DNA of 41,297 nt. Origin: Ministeria vibrans ATCC 50519 (Eukaryota > Protista > Filasterea). The first letter of the stretch is position 1; each line of letters starts with the position of its first letter. The notes beneath the pieces were generated by a model. The model searched no databases, had not been told where the DNA came from, and worked only from the letters and a program-made list of their open reading frames with translations. Location of the stretch: contig CALSCP010002596.1 of NCBI GenBank assembly GCA_943704425.1, positions 1 to 41,297 on the forward strand, given 5' to 3'. The position numbers and the translations under genes were made by a program. This document shows, in pieces, positions 9,501 to 21,092 of the stretch.

Positions 9501-12476
9501 TCAGATCTTCAACATTGAGGCGTAGTAGCCCTTGAGACGCTCCTCCTTGAAGGGCAGCTTGAGTTGACCGTGTGGGTCATGGCACGCGAGCACAAAGCGG
9601 AAGGCACGCGTGCGCATGTGAGTGAGCCCACAGCGCTCTACACCGTCGAGCAGGAAGGCTATCAAGTGGAGCGGGTCCGGGCGCAGCTCAGAGTTGGTGC
9701 CCGCGTACGGTGACTGGACAGTGTGACCGTTCGTGTTGGCCTGGGCGGGACTGCCGTGGCTCAGATACTGCAGCATCTCACCCCACACCGCGGGATAGGG
9801 CAGTGGGAAGGGTGCCGTGGGTGCCACCACTGAGGGTGTGCCTGAATTTATCAGGCCGGGCGCATGCTCAGCCATGTTGCGAATGCCACACCACAGAAAC
9901 GACATGTTGTCCGAGTCGAGGCGCTCCGACCGCACACGCTTCCCGGCCTTGACGCCGTTGTACTTGACGAGCCACACAAAGTTGCACCAGCATTGGTAGT
10001 GCACCTCAGGCGCAAAGGCGGTGCGGTCGGGATACTGCACACGACTGCGCAGTGACATGAGGTCCGTGTCCCCGTTGGGCGGATGAGCCTCTGGTGTGCT
10101 TGTCGGAGTGAGCGCACTCGAGAAGAGCAGACGTTCCACGAGTGTCGAGTGTGTGTTGCGCCCAGACGGATCGTGAAATCGAGAGTGGCCCCGCAGCTTG
10201 TTCACTGTTTCGGTGTGGCCCTCGTTCGCATATCCCAGCTTCCCTTGCACATCCTCCTTAAACACCGGCTCGACAAAGAACTTGCGTGTCTCTTCTGCAT
10301 CCCAGAACAGTGGATGGAGACGCACAATGTCGCATGCACTCGGCCGACTGCGAAGGAGGTTAGAGAATAGATTGGACCTTTGGTTTGTCTGACCGGTTGA
10401 CAGGACTGAGCAGCAGTTGGACAATATGTTCAATGGGATTGCACTTGGGCTCTTCTTGCAGTTGCCAGGCAATGAACTCGGCCGACGGAGTGGTCCCTAC
10501 GACACCAGAAGAGACACTGAAAGAGAGAGGACAACACAAAATGAGACACACACAGCCGAGGCACACGAGAGAAGGGAGGGGTTACTCTTCGAAGGGATGG
10601 TGTCCATTGAGGGCACACGCCGCAATGAGGAGTGCGACGGAGAAGGCATCGTTGGCGGGCGAGGCAGTGCTGTTCGCACTGCGCTGCTCAGGCGCAATCC
10701 ACGTGAGCTGCTCATGGGACGACACAGTCGCAATGTGCCCTCCCGACGGACGCGCACTGGAGAAATTGACAAGACGCACACTAACAAGGCAAAGTCGGGG
10801 TGAGACACTAGACACACTGTGTGTGTGTGTGTGTTTTGCGTACATGGGAGTCGTGGTATCATCGCCCGGCACAAACGGCTGTTCAAAGACAACGCTGTCG
10901 GGGGTGAGCAATCCGTGTGCCACTGACTGGCTCTCCAGTGCACTCAGAGCACACAACAGTTGACCCGCCACAATGGGCAGTTGGCCCGCACTCAGTTCCT
11001 ACACACCAATCCCAATTGCACATCTCACTTGTCAATCGTTCGTACGGTGCCGTTTTTCTTCATGTCGGAGAACAAGTCCGCCAGAGAACCCCCTTTGTAT
11101 ATGGGCAGAACCACAAACTCAAATTCATCGTCACGAATCTATCACCGAGAGAAAGAATGAGCCATAGGTTATAGGAGTGCGTATGTGTGGTGGTATGTAC
11201 AAGGTCAATGAGCTGCACAATATGGTTGTTCTTCGTGGAGTCCTTCAGCGTTGCGAGTGTCTTGGCCTCGGTGGGCTCACTTGGCGGCTCACCCGTGCGC
11301 TCTGCTCGTCGCACGAACACCTTGAGCTCAACCGGCTGCGCCACTCCCAGGTCCGACACCACGTCCCCCTCCCGGTGTGCCACCAGCCACCGATCCCACC
11401 CGCCCTCCGCGACTACACCCGCACCCCCACTCTCAAACGCAGTGCGCAGTGCCTCTCGCCCACCAGTCCCACTTGAGCGGATATGCCGTCCCTCGCTCTG
11501 TCCACTCAGCACGTGTCCGTCTTGGCTGTGTCGCTCCTCCCGCTCCACCACAAATCGAATCCGGCGAGCCGTCTCGTGCCCATCAACACGGATCACACGA
11601 CCCGTGTCCATGTCTACAAAGGGCAAACGACTGAGAAAAAGTGATATTCTTTTCGTATACCGTTCGCGCCGAGATCAATCTTGTGCCTCCGGGGTCCGCC
11701 GTCGACCTGAAATGATACATCAGGCGCCCCGACAGCCTCAAGATGCAACTGCTTGTTGACTCGGATTTGAAGGTCACCCAGTTTGGCAACAGTGAACACA
11801 TTGCTGTCGGAGGAAGAGGAGGGCACATCCGCTGGCGAGCCCACAAACCAAGTCTCGCGTGTGTGCACCAGAGGCACGTGCACGAGAGACAACTGCTCAC
11901 CCGTCGCCTGATCTTTTTGGCGCACCTCCAATTTGACATCGGGCTTTGGTGCGCTCTTGAGCGTTGGCGCTGAGCACGAATGAAACGTGGCACTGCGCGC
12001 TTTGTCATCGCCGCCATTCTGATCATTGGTTACATTTGAGCGTGCATGAGGCAAAAAGACGGTCGGAAGCTGCGTTGGGTCGAACGGAACAACTCTGCCG
12101 TTGCGAGTGGTGATAAGGACTTTCTCGCCGTCTTCGCGTGCATTGCACGTCTTGGAATCGATTACGTCGTCCAATCTCGTCAGGGTAGACCCATCGATGT
12201 CCCAGTCGGCTGTATTAAGATCTGGTGCAGCGGGAGGGTTAAAGACGGCGAGATGAGTGTGGACGAAAGTATCTTGTATTTACCGGTAGCGCAGTCGTCT
12301 GCCATTCTTTGTCTATGGGAGGGAAGGGGGCGAAGGCTGGTCTTGAAACTGTGAAAGGTGTTGGGGGGAGGTTGTGAATAGAATTGAAGCGAGATATCAT
12401 AAAAATCGATTTCTCGGTCAACTCCGTCTGTCAAACGATCGAGATCAGCCTGAGCCTCACTCGCCACTCGGCTCAC
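9501..12476 (-). CDS. Multi-exon pseudokinase-KEN ribonuclease protein (IRE1/RNase L-like C-terminal module); 5' structure uncertain, possibly disrupted
   Basis: VELK / TEAKTL / NHIVQLID, HGLLTPDSVVF (HRD position), VRLVNFSSAR (DFG position), WIAPE, DAFSVALLI...GHHPFE, RPSACDIVRLHPLFWDAEE, then FLWCGIRNMAEH resembling the KEN LLRAxRNKxHH motif. Confidence 0.6.
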
Positions 12477-12555
12477 GCCTCACTGACTGACTAGTGAATA
12501 CTGATTTTGACACTCGTTCAACTCGCTACGTTTCTCACCCTCAATCCGTTCAATC

Positions 12556-15500
12556 ATGCAAGCAGGTCCGTCAGAGCCCTCCGTGTGTGTCGCAAAGGAG
12601 ATTTTGAAGGAAGGTAAAAAAAAAAAAAAAAAAAAAACGGCCGCCTCCTGACACCCTCGGGTTTGATTTTTGTTCCAGAGGGACAATACCCAACCACCTT
12701 GTGTGTGTACCGCCTCGGTCGCATCACCAAAACGGTGATTTCAAACAAGGTTCGAGGTTTTTTTTCTTCTTCTTTTTCTTTTCTTCTCTCATCTCCCTCT
12801 CATCATCACGTCATGTAGCCTCTACCCGATGGCCACACCAGCCACCCATGCGAGGAGCAGACACTCGTGGGTGCCTCGGTGCACATGCCCTCCGAAGCGT
12901 TCTGCGTCGAGCCGATTGAGCGTTGTTTCGTCATTTGCTTTGCGAACGGCGATCAGTGGCCCTTCAGCCTTCGCGGCAAAGGTACCTTCTCGGCGCCCAC
13001 GTGGGTCGACAACATCACACGTGCAACGGAGCAGCTCACACTTGGGCGGTCGGTTCCGTGGTGGCGGTTGCGCCATTTTTCGGGCCGGGCGCCAGAGCAA
13101 GTCAAGGCGGACATTGAGAAGGAGGCTCAATCGAAACAGTCGTCTGGCTCTCTGCCGAGCGCATACGACGCGGTACCGTTCACGTACGGCCCACTCGAGG
13201 CACCGCATCGCTTCGTCGTCGACCGAGTGCTGGGCAAGGGCGCATTCGGCCTGGTGTTGCGCTGCGAGGACACCCAGACTGGAGTTGTGCTGGCCGCCAA
13301 GATGGGCTTCAAGGCGAGCCGAGAGTCACGGGCGGGAGGAACTCAAAGCACAGCGGGTGTGTATCACACGATGAAAGCCGAGGGACGACGATGGCTGCAG
13401 CTTCCTCCACACAATTGCATTGTGACGTGTGTGGAAGTGGTGGTCATCGACAAGCACCCGATGCTGCTCCTGGGGTATGTTGATGGCGGGAGTGTGCGAG
13501 AGCATGTGAAGGAGAAGACGCTGATGGAGGGACTGCAAGACGAGGACGAGGCTCTGTGTCGATGTGCGCTGCTCGCACTAGACGTAGCGCGTGCGCTAGA
13601 GTTTGTGCACGGCGAAGAGCTGGGGCACTACGACGTGAAACCAGCGAACATTCTGGTGGTGCGAGGTGCGACTGAGGGCGGTGTGTGGCGGGCGAAATTG
13701 ACGGATTTCGGCGTGTCAGAGGAAAAGAATGGTAGTACACAACGCGATTTGAGACTCAAACTCACTCTGTATACTCGTAGAATCAACCAGAGGTGGGACG
13801 GATGCTTATTGTCCTGACGAGCAACGGCGTGGGCAACGGGCGCTGTGGATGGATGTGTTCTCCTTGGGCGTGTCGCTGCTGGAGATGCTGCTGATGTCTC
13901 GAGAATGGCAGACGGGAAGTGAGGCAAAGGCGATTGTGAGCGAGGGGAACGTGACGTCGCGACGGTGTCGCCCGGATGCGGATGCGGTGCTGGCTCGCAT
14001 TGACGACACTGTGATGACAGTGCTCAGTTCGTGCCTGCTGTCGACGACGGTTCCAGAGGCGTCGACGGTTGTCAGTCGGCTGTCAGCGATGGTTAGTGAG
14101 GCGGCAGCGCAGAAGGAAGAGTCGACGGCACTGAGTGGGGCGCAGGCGTTTGTGAAGGCGGAGTCGTTCAATCGACTGTACGAGTGGAAGCGCGCCAAGG
14201 CAATGTATGAGTGTGCGCTAAAGGCATGGGCTGACGGAGGGGATGCGGTGTTGCGAGTGCGGGCGTTGACACAGCTGGCGCGCATTGAGCACACGTTTGT
14301 GTATGATCTGGGGAGCGCGATGGAACATCTGGCGAGTGCACTGGAGCTTGTGGAGCAAGGCTCAGCACTGAAGGCTCAAGTGCTTGGTGTGATGGGAAGT
14401 GTGCGGCGTGATTGCGGGAATTACAGTCGTGCCTGCGAGGTTGAGCGTGAGTATCTGGTGGTGTTGCACACGAGTCGGCCTGACTGCGGTGACAGTGGCC
14501 AGTTGGAATCTTGGCTTTTGGCTTGCGCGGAAGGGTCACCGGACGCTGAGCCGGAATGGGTATCGGAGCTGGAGTGGGCTGTTGGACAGGATGACAGCGC
14601 GTGTGTGCTCGCAATGTCGCGGTGCCGCAGTGCTCTCGTCTCGGCGTATTTGGCGCGTGGCGAGTATGGCAAGGCGCAGAGCCTCGTCAATGCACACGAG
14701 GGTCGTCTGGCGAAGGCACTTGAGCATGAGCCAGAGCACGAGATGCGAGTGGACCTGTTGCTACTTCTGACGCGTGTTCAGGGAGCTCTGGGCAACTATG
14801 CTGCGCAGTCTCGATGTGCGTACAAGGCACTGGAGGAGGCTCGAGGTGTGTTTGGCGACGAAAAGCACGTGCGTGTCCTGGAAGCGAAGCGTGCGTGTGG
14901 TGATGCAAAAGAACGGACTGCGAAGTACGACGAGGCGATGGAGGTGTACACGGACGTTTTACGCGTGTACGAGACAATGCACAAAGATACGCCGAACCAT
15001 CCTTCGATTGCGTCAACCAAACATGCGATGGCAGGTGTCTACGAGCGGAAGGGCGAGTACGAGAGGGCACTGTCGCTGTATGAGGAGTCGCTGCGCATCA
15101 TGGAGACAGTGCACAAAGACACTCCGAACCATCCTTCGATTGCGGCAACCAAACATGCGATGGCAGGTGTCTACTCGAGCAAGGGCGAGTACGAGAGGGC
15201 ACTGTCGCTGTATGAGGAGTCGCTGCGCATCAAGGAGACAGTGCACAAAGACACACCGAACCATCCTTCGATTGCGTCAACCAAACATGCGATGGCAGGT
15301 GTCTACGAGCGGAAGGGCGAGTACGCGAGGGCATTGTCTCTGTATGCGGAGTCGCTGCGCATCGACGAGACAGTGCACAAAGACACTCCGAACCATCCTT
15401 CGATTGCGGCAACCAAACATGCGATGGCAGGTGTCTACTCGAGCAAGGGCGAGTACGAGAGGGCACTGTCGCTGTATGAGGAGTCGCTGCGCATCATGGA

Positions 15501-16422
15501 GACAGTGCACAAAGACACTCCGAACCATCCTTCGATTGCGGCAACCAAACATGCGATGGCAGGTGTCTACTCGAACAAGGGCGAGTACGAGAGGGCACTG
15601 TCGCTGTATGAGGAGTCGCTGCGCATCGAGGAGACAGTGCACAAAGACACACCGAACCATCCTGACATTGCGGCAACCAAACATGCGATGGCAGGTGTCT
15701 ACTCGAGCAAGGGCGAGTATGAGAGGGCACTGTCGCTGTATGAGGAGTCGCTGCGCATCAAGGAGACAGTGCACAAAGACACTCCGAACCATCCTGACAT
15801 TGCGTCAACCAAACATGCGATGGCAGGTGTCTACTCGAGCAAGGGCGAGTACGAGAGGGCACTGTCGCTGTATGAGGAGTCGCTGCGCATCAAGGAGACA
15901 GTGCACAAAGACACTCCGAACCATCCTGACATTGCGTCAACCAAACATGCGATGGCAGGTGTCTACTCGAGCAAGGGCGAGTACGAGAGGGCACTGTCGC
16001 TGTATGAGGAGTCGCTGCGCATCAAGGAGACAGTGCACAAAGACACTCCGAACCATCCTGACATTCTGGTGACCAAGTTCAATATGGCACTATGTCTGCG
16101 CCAACATTCTAAACTTGAAAAACTGCCACGCAAGCGTAAACCCATTTTACGTCGTGCTCTGTCACGCTTGCCCGAGTTCCAAGAACTGAATGATCATCTA
16201 CTCCAGTCTCACGATGGGTGCAGGTGCTGCCTGTTAGGTGGGATGATCCATGACGATCTCAATGAGTTGGCAGAGGCACATCGACTGCTCCAACTCGCTA
16301 TCGAGGCTTCTGAGACGTTGTGCAAGCGCGAACCGACCAACGCTCTGGCGAAAGAGGCGAATCAGCTGGCCTCGCGTGAGTGGCAGCGTTTCAAGCGAGG
16401 GCGACCTCAACTGTTTGTATGA
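12556..16422 (+). CDS. PH-like domain - Ser/Thr kinase - TPR array protein; introns 12614-12678, 12750-12818, 13732-13780
   Basis: The spliced model is frame-consistent from ATG 12556. Kinase motifs: LGKGAFGLV, LAAK, HYDVKPANILV, LTDFG, GGTDAYCPDE, DVFSLG. The C-terminal part has kinesin-light-chain-type TPRs. The PH call (ILKE..., CFVICF...WVDNITRA) is weaker. Confidence 0.85.
14971..16065 (+). repeat. Coding tandem repeat: 8 full plus 1 partial 132-bp (44-aa) TPR units
   Basis: Unit ETVHKDTPNHP(S/D)IA(S/A)TKHAMAGVY(ER/SS/SN)KGEYERALSLYEESLRI(M/K/D/E), starting at 14971, 15103, ... 16027. Confidence 0.95.
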
Positions 16423-16762
16423 TTTTCTGATTGTTTTCCGTTGTATATGTAATTAAAAGTATGAAGTGAGAGGAGGGCTTTGGAGGGCAGAGGAGGGAGA
16501 GAGGGAGGCGCCGCAGAGAGAGAGGGTCTGCGCAAGGTGCGCGAATCTGAGCGAATCTGGGAGAATCTGAGCGAATCTGAGGCTTGCAGACAGTGTCCGT
16601 CGTTGCGCGTGCCCCGCCACTCGCCTCAAATGCGCCCACCACCATTGCCTATCACACCCAAGAAAAATCCTCCACAGGCCCATAAACTAGCCAAATCCGT
16701 CGAGTAGATCATCAAAAATACAAACAAACAAGCCTTTATTACGGTCAATTTGAAATGTTTGT

Positions 16763-17038
16763 TTGTACTCACAGGGAGACTACACTCGTGCTCTTGAGTA
16801 CTACGAGCGTGCTCTGACCATCCGTGAGAAGTCTCTTGGTGCCGACCACCCATCCACAGGCGAAACACTCTTCAACATGGCACTTCTGTTCGCGCATCAA
16901 AAGAACTCTTCTCGCGCTCTTGAACACTGCCAGCGCGCACTCTGCATCCTCCAGCGCACCTTTGGACCAAACCACCAGAGTACGCGACAGGCTCACAGGC
17001 TCATCAGCAACCTACAAACCGACCGCCCAACCCACTAA
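16763..17038 (+). pseudogene. Orphan C-terminal TPR fragment
   Basis: YSQGDYTRALEYYERALTIREKSLGADHPSTGETLFNMA; no ATG start. Confidence 0.7.
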
Positions 17039-17355
17039 CGTGCACGCACTCCCCACTTCTATAGTCGAGTGATGGGTTTTTATTAAATTTTTTCAAGCTT
17101 CGCGCCTAGGGATTTTGATATTCTTGAGGACAACGTCGATGAACTCAACAGGCTTGGTATTCAGATTCAAATTCATGCCGAACTCCAACACGACGACCTC
17201 CGTAGCTTCATTATGAAGGAAATTACCGACATCGACTACTCTATTGGAGAGAACTTATCACATAAAGAGAAGCTGCAAGTGACTGCACCGTTTTCCTTCG
17301 CCATACAACCATTCTGTTCTTGCAGGTTTGCCTGGACCAGACGACTATTCGAGTG

Positions 17356-17617
17356 TCACCACCTCCCCCCACCACCAATATGTTCTTGCACGTTTTGACA
17401 GCCACGCAGAAAGCATCCCGATAAGTTGTGGTTCGGTCGATTTTTATATTCGTATGTTGGAGTTAAAATCCCCTTCACACCAGCGAATACAATCATAGGA
17501 GCACACTCAGGGCACGGGAACTTGGTGGTGAACAAGAATATATCGCCAGATGCAACAGGATATCTGTTGAACAACAGTGCGTTTTGTTCCGCATGCACAA
17601 TGGCGTTCAGCTTAGAC
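17356..17617 (-). pseudogene. dCMP/cytidine deaminase-family fragment abutting the piggyBac end
   Basis: IVHAEQNALL...FTTKFPCPECAPMIVFAGVK contains the HxE...PCxxC Zn-deaminase motif. Confidence 0.75.
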
Positions 17618-17621
17618 TTAT

Positions 17622-19117
17622 CTCTCCGGGGACACGACGTATTTACGTCGATTTATTATTTTAACAATAATAATAGTTTTTATTCATTCTTCCGCTTCTC
17701 CCTCCTCCTGCTCGCTCACGAGGCCGTGCACAACGTTGAAACACTCCCTCCCAGTCACATTACAGAAAGGGACGTTACAATCGGCGCAATAAAACTTGGT
17801 ACGCGAGAGGCAGCCCGTGCGATGGCAGTACCTTGATTTCGGCTGTCGCTCATCTCTTCCACGCTTGTAGGGCCGGAGGGTGTGTTTCTCCGCCCGACGA
17901 TGCACAAAGTGTCCTGAGACATGCCTCGGACCCGGTCGCATGGGCCCGAGATCGGTGTCGCCAGCAGGGCGCTCGACACTGGTAAGTTCGTTGATGAGGA
18001 TTCTGCGGTAGTCAGCGAAAGTCAAAGGGGCATCGTGAATGGCCTTGTACAAAATGAAGGCATTAATGAGAGAAATATCGAGCAGGAAGAAGAACACCGT
18101 CTTCCACCACTTGACAGACCGCATATATGTTGGGTTTTGCCACCGGTATTGGTCATTGCGATCAACGGCGTTCATGTAGTTGTTGTAGTCAGTCACCGCC
18201 AAAGGTCTCTCCCGCTTTGTTCGTGGCGCTTCGTCGGTTTGAAAGGAGGCTCGGTACGTCGTCATCATGTGTACCGGGTTCTTGTCGTAATAGCTGAAAG
18301 CAGCCACAGTTTTGTCGGCGTTGAGGGCAATTTTAAGGGTTCCTTCTTTTTCTTCCCGGCGCTCCTTGTTGCTTTCGCGCTTTTGAGCAATTTCATTTGG
18401 TTGGATGTGTGATCGGATGGTGCCGAGTGCGTAGTGATTCTTCTTGCGTAGCATCTGCAGTAGCGGCTCATTGACGTAGAGGTTGTCCATGTAGATGCGG
18501 TGGTAGGGTGTAGGAAGCTCATCGACGAGCCAGAGAACGCGGGCACGGAGACCGCTAGTGATTCCAGCAGCAGCATCGACTTGTGCGCGGGTGTTGTCAC
18601 ACTCGAAGCAGAAGAGGTAGCAGTAGCCGGTATCGCTGCAACAGAGCGCGTCAACACGGAGAGCACCACCACTGCCATGCGGTTTGCTCTTAAAGAGGTG
18701 GAGGTACTTGCAATGGCCTTTGAACGGAATCGTCATCTCGTCAATGGCGACTTCACGGGGAGGCTTGTAGTGTGTTCGACACGCCCGCTCCACCACTGTA
18801 ATCATCTCCCGTGTGCGGCATAAGTTGTCCTCCTCGCTGTTTGCCTCGTCCTTGGTGTGGTCCGAGATGTGCAGGTGGCGAAAGATCGCTTCGAATCGAT
18901 CTCGCGGCAAGATGTTGCTCAGACCAGTGATGCCATCCAAAGTGTCGCTGGACCACATCGCACGAGTACGTCGTGGGCGGCGGATTGACCGTATGAGAAC
19001 TATACCGATCCATCGGTAGAGCTCCGCAGGGGTAAGGTTAAGGCCATCGTCCACGTCTGAGGCATAAGCGTTGGAATTTGTGGCGATGGTAGCGGCAAGA
19101 GCGTCTGTGAAGAACAA
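17622..19117 (-). mobile_element. piggyBac-family transposon, 5' truncated or spliced; transposase ORF 17684-19117
   Basis: Catalytic DDD triad AIDE / YMDNLY / AVDRNDQ, KWWKTVFF, and C-terminal Cys-rich domain CHRTGC...CADCNVPFC...CFNVVH. A possible end is ttat|ctctccggggacacgacgtatttacgtcg at 17618-17650 (non-canonical, uncertain). Confidence 0.9.
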
Positions 19118-19190
19118 ATATTTTTGATCAACTAATTCTAATAAATAAATAAATATTTAAAAACACCAATCTTTCTCTGTTTCTTTCGAG

Positions 19191-19493
19191 ATGGCGACGC
19201 TCCTGCTTGACCGAGGTGCGGTAGTGGACAAGGAATCGGGTGGCTTCACTGCGTTGATGAGAGCCTCGAGATCTGATCACGCTGACGTCGTCCAACTCCT
19301 ACTCAAGGCGGGTGCGGATCCACGTCAGACGGTCCAATTACACGATCGCACCTATTCTGCTTTGCGCAGTGCAAGGAGAGGCAGTGAGTTCTCGGTAAGG
19401 AAACGCAATGTAGGAACTCGAAAGTCGTCGCGACTCATGGGGGTTTGTAGAGAAAGCGTGTCCCATCGTGCTGCAAGAGAGCTGGCGCAATGA
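19191..19493 (+). pseudogene. Ankyrin-repeat exon/fragment
   Basis: LLLDRGAVVD...GFTALMRASRSDHADVVQLLLKAGADP. Confidence 0.7.
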
Positions 19494-19922
19494 GCGTACA
19501 AACGACTCCTATGTACCTCGTGCTCAAAGGGCCTCCGACGAACAATGGCGGCGCCCATCCTACGACGTACTCCCATAACGCGGACAGTCGACATGGAGCA
19601 CATGCCTCTGGGTCATCTACATCGTCGACGTACACGACGACGGACACGACGACCAGTTTTGGTAGCGGCTGGCGGTCGCGCCCGTTTAAGCGATGTGAGG
19701 GTTGGGGTTGTGAAAAGGACGTTTAATTTTTATTAGAGGAAGTTGAGAAAGTGCTCCATTTCGCAGAGCGTTAAAGCTGGCAGGTCTATAGCTGGGGCGA
19801 TCTGGTAGACGTCGGTCATGGCGGGGGCGAGAGCAGTGAATTGAAGTGATCTCGGCGAATGAGGGACCTGTATGACGATCAAACGGCTTACGGCTCTACT
19901 CCATCTCCTACTCACTGCTTTT

Positions 19923-20170
19923 CTAAGCTCTCAGTGTGCCTCCTTCTGCGAAAACACAAAGCCGAACAGTACGTGCATGGGTTGTACAGTTGAGTGTGTG
20001 TGGTGTTCGTTTGCCTGATGGTACCAACACGAAACACTGCCAACCCCTGCAATGGGGTCGTTTCTGTGGGCACAACGTTGGGGGTGTATGTGTTTAGTGT
20101 GTTGGCGAAGGATCTATGATGGTGGAGGGCGGTGATTGCATGTGAGAGCCACTCTCGCTTATTTTTTTAT
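19923..20170. repeat. Second copy of the dispersed repeat at 2612-2880
   Basis: Colinear direct similarity by eye, with small indels. Confidence 0.8.
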
Positions 20171-21092
20171 TATTTTTCTTTGAGAATCTCTCTGCTCGCT
20201 AGCGCCTGCAAATCACAATATCTTATGGGTGTAGGGATTGAGTGTTGGATATCTGGTGTGGCTTTGTAGGCTGCGTGTTGGTTAAGAGTGGAAATTTCTT
20301 GTCGTTCGTTTTTTTCGTGAACCGAACCATTTGACCTGCTTGCTAGCGCCATCCATTCGGGGTGTACTCTTGGTCCCGACCACCCGCAGGGATTGAGTGT
20401 TGGATGGCTGGTGTAAGGTACTCAACTGTGGACGCCAAGAGTCGTCGTAGCACTGGAAGAGCACTGCGCCAATCTGGGACGTCTCAAACTCCATGGCAAG
20501 ACGCTGCTCGTTGAATCCGGGTTGCCGCATGTGTTTCGGTCGTGTGCGTGGTGTGTTGGTGAGGGTGATGTGATGGCCACGGCAGCATTTTCGTGAGGGT
20601 TGCCACTCTCTTTTATTTTTCTTGAAAAGTTAACAATCAATTCGCCTTTTCGAATCAAGTGTCAGAAGAAAACACAGAGCCGAGCAGTACGTGTATGGGT
20701 TGTACAATTGGGTGTGTGCTTCTTTATCCGTCCCGGTGATGAATCTATGAAATTTGTAAAGAAGAGGCAGGAGCGAAGAGAGCAGCTCTATTGATACGGG
20801 AGGGATGGGACGAAAACTAAAAATGGTCTTTACTACCGGCGGGGTATGTATTTGGTTCTATGGTCCTATGAACCCTTGGGTTTGGGGCTGATGTATGACT
20901 AGCTCCGGCTCTCGGCGGGGAAGGTTGGATGACCTGTTTTTCGCGCTTCTCGTTTCGCCGATTTCTTGTTGTCCTCGCCTCTCTCGGAGCTCGAGCTCGA
21001 GCTCGTCACACACATACATACATACATACACTGGGCTGCATATATTAACCGTGCACGCGTGGTGTTGCGTAGGACAGACAAAACATCAAAAC

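Noticed and set aside
12480-12482. Non-standard genetic code or stop readthrough (also 5270 and 7086)
   Set aside because: TGA, TAG and TAA all terminate good genes in this window; isolated in-frame stops fit pseudogenisation.
14774-16072. 432-aa alternative-frame ORF and antisense ORFs over the TPR array
   Set aside because: By-products of a stop-free repeat unit in GC-rich sequence.
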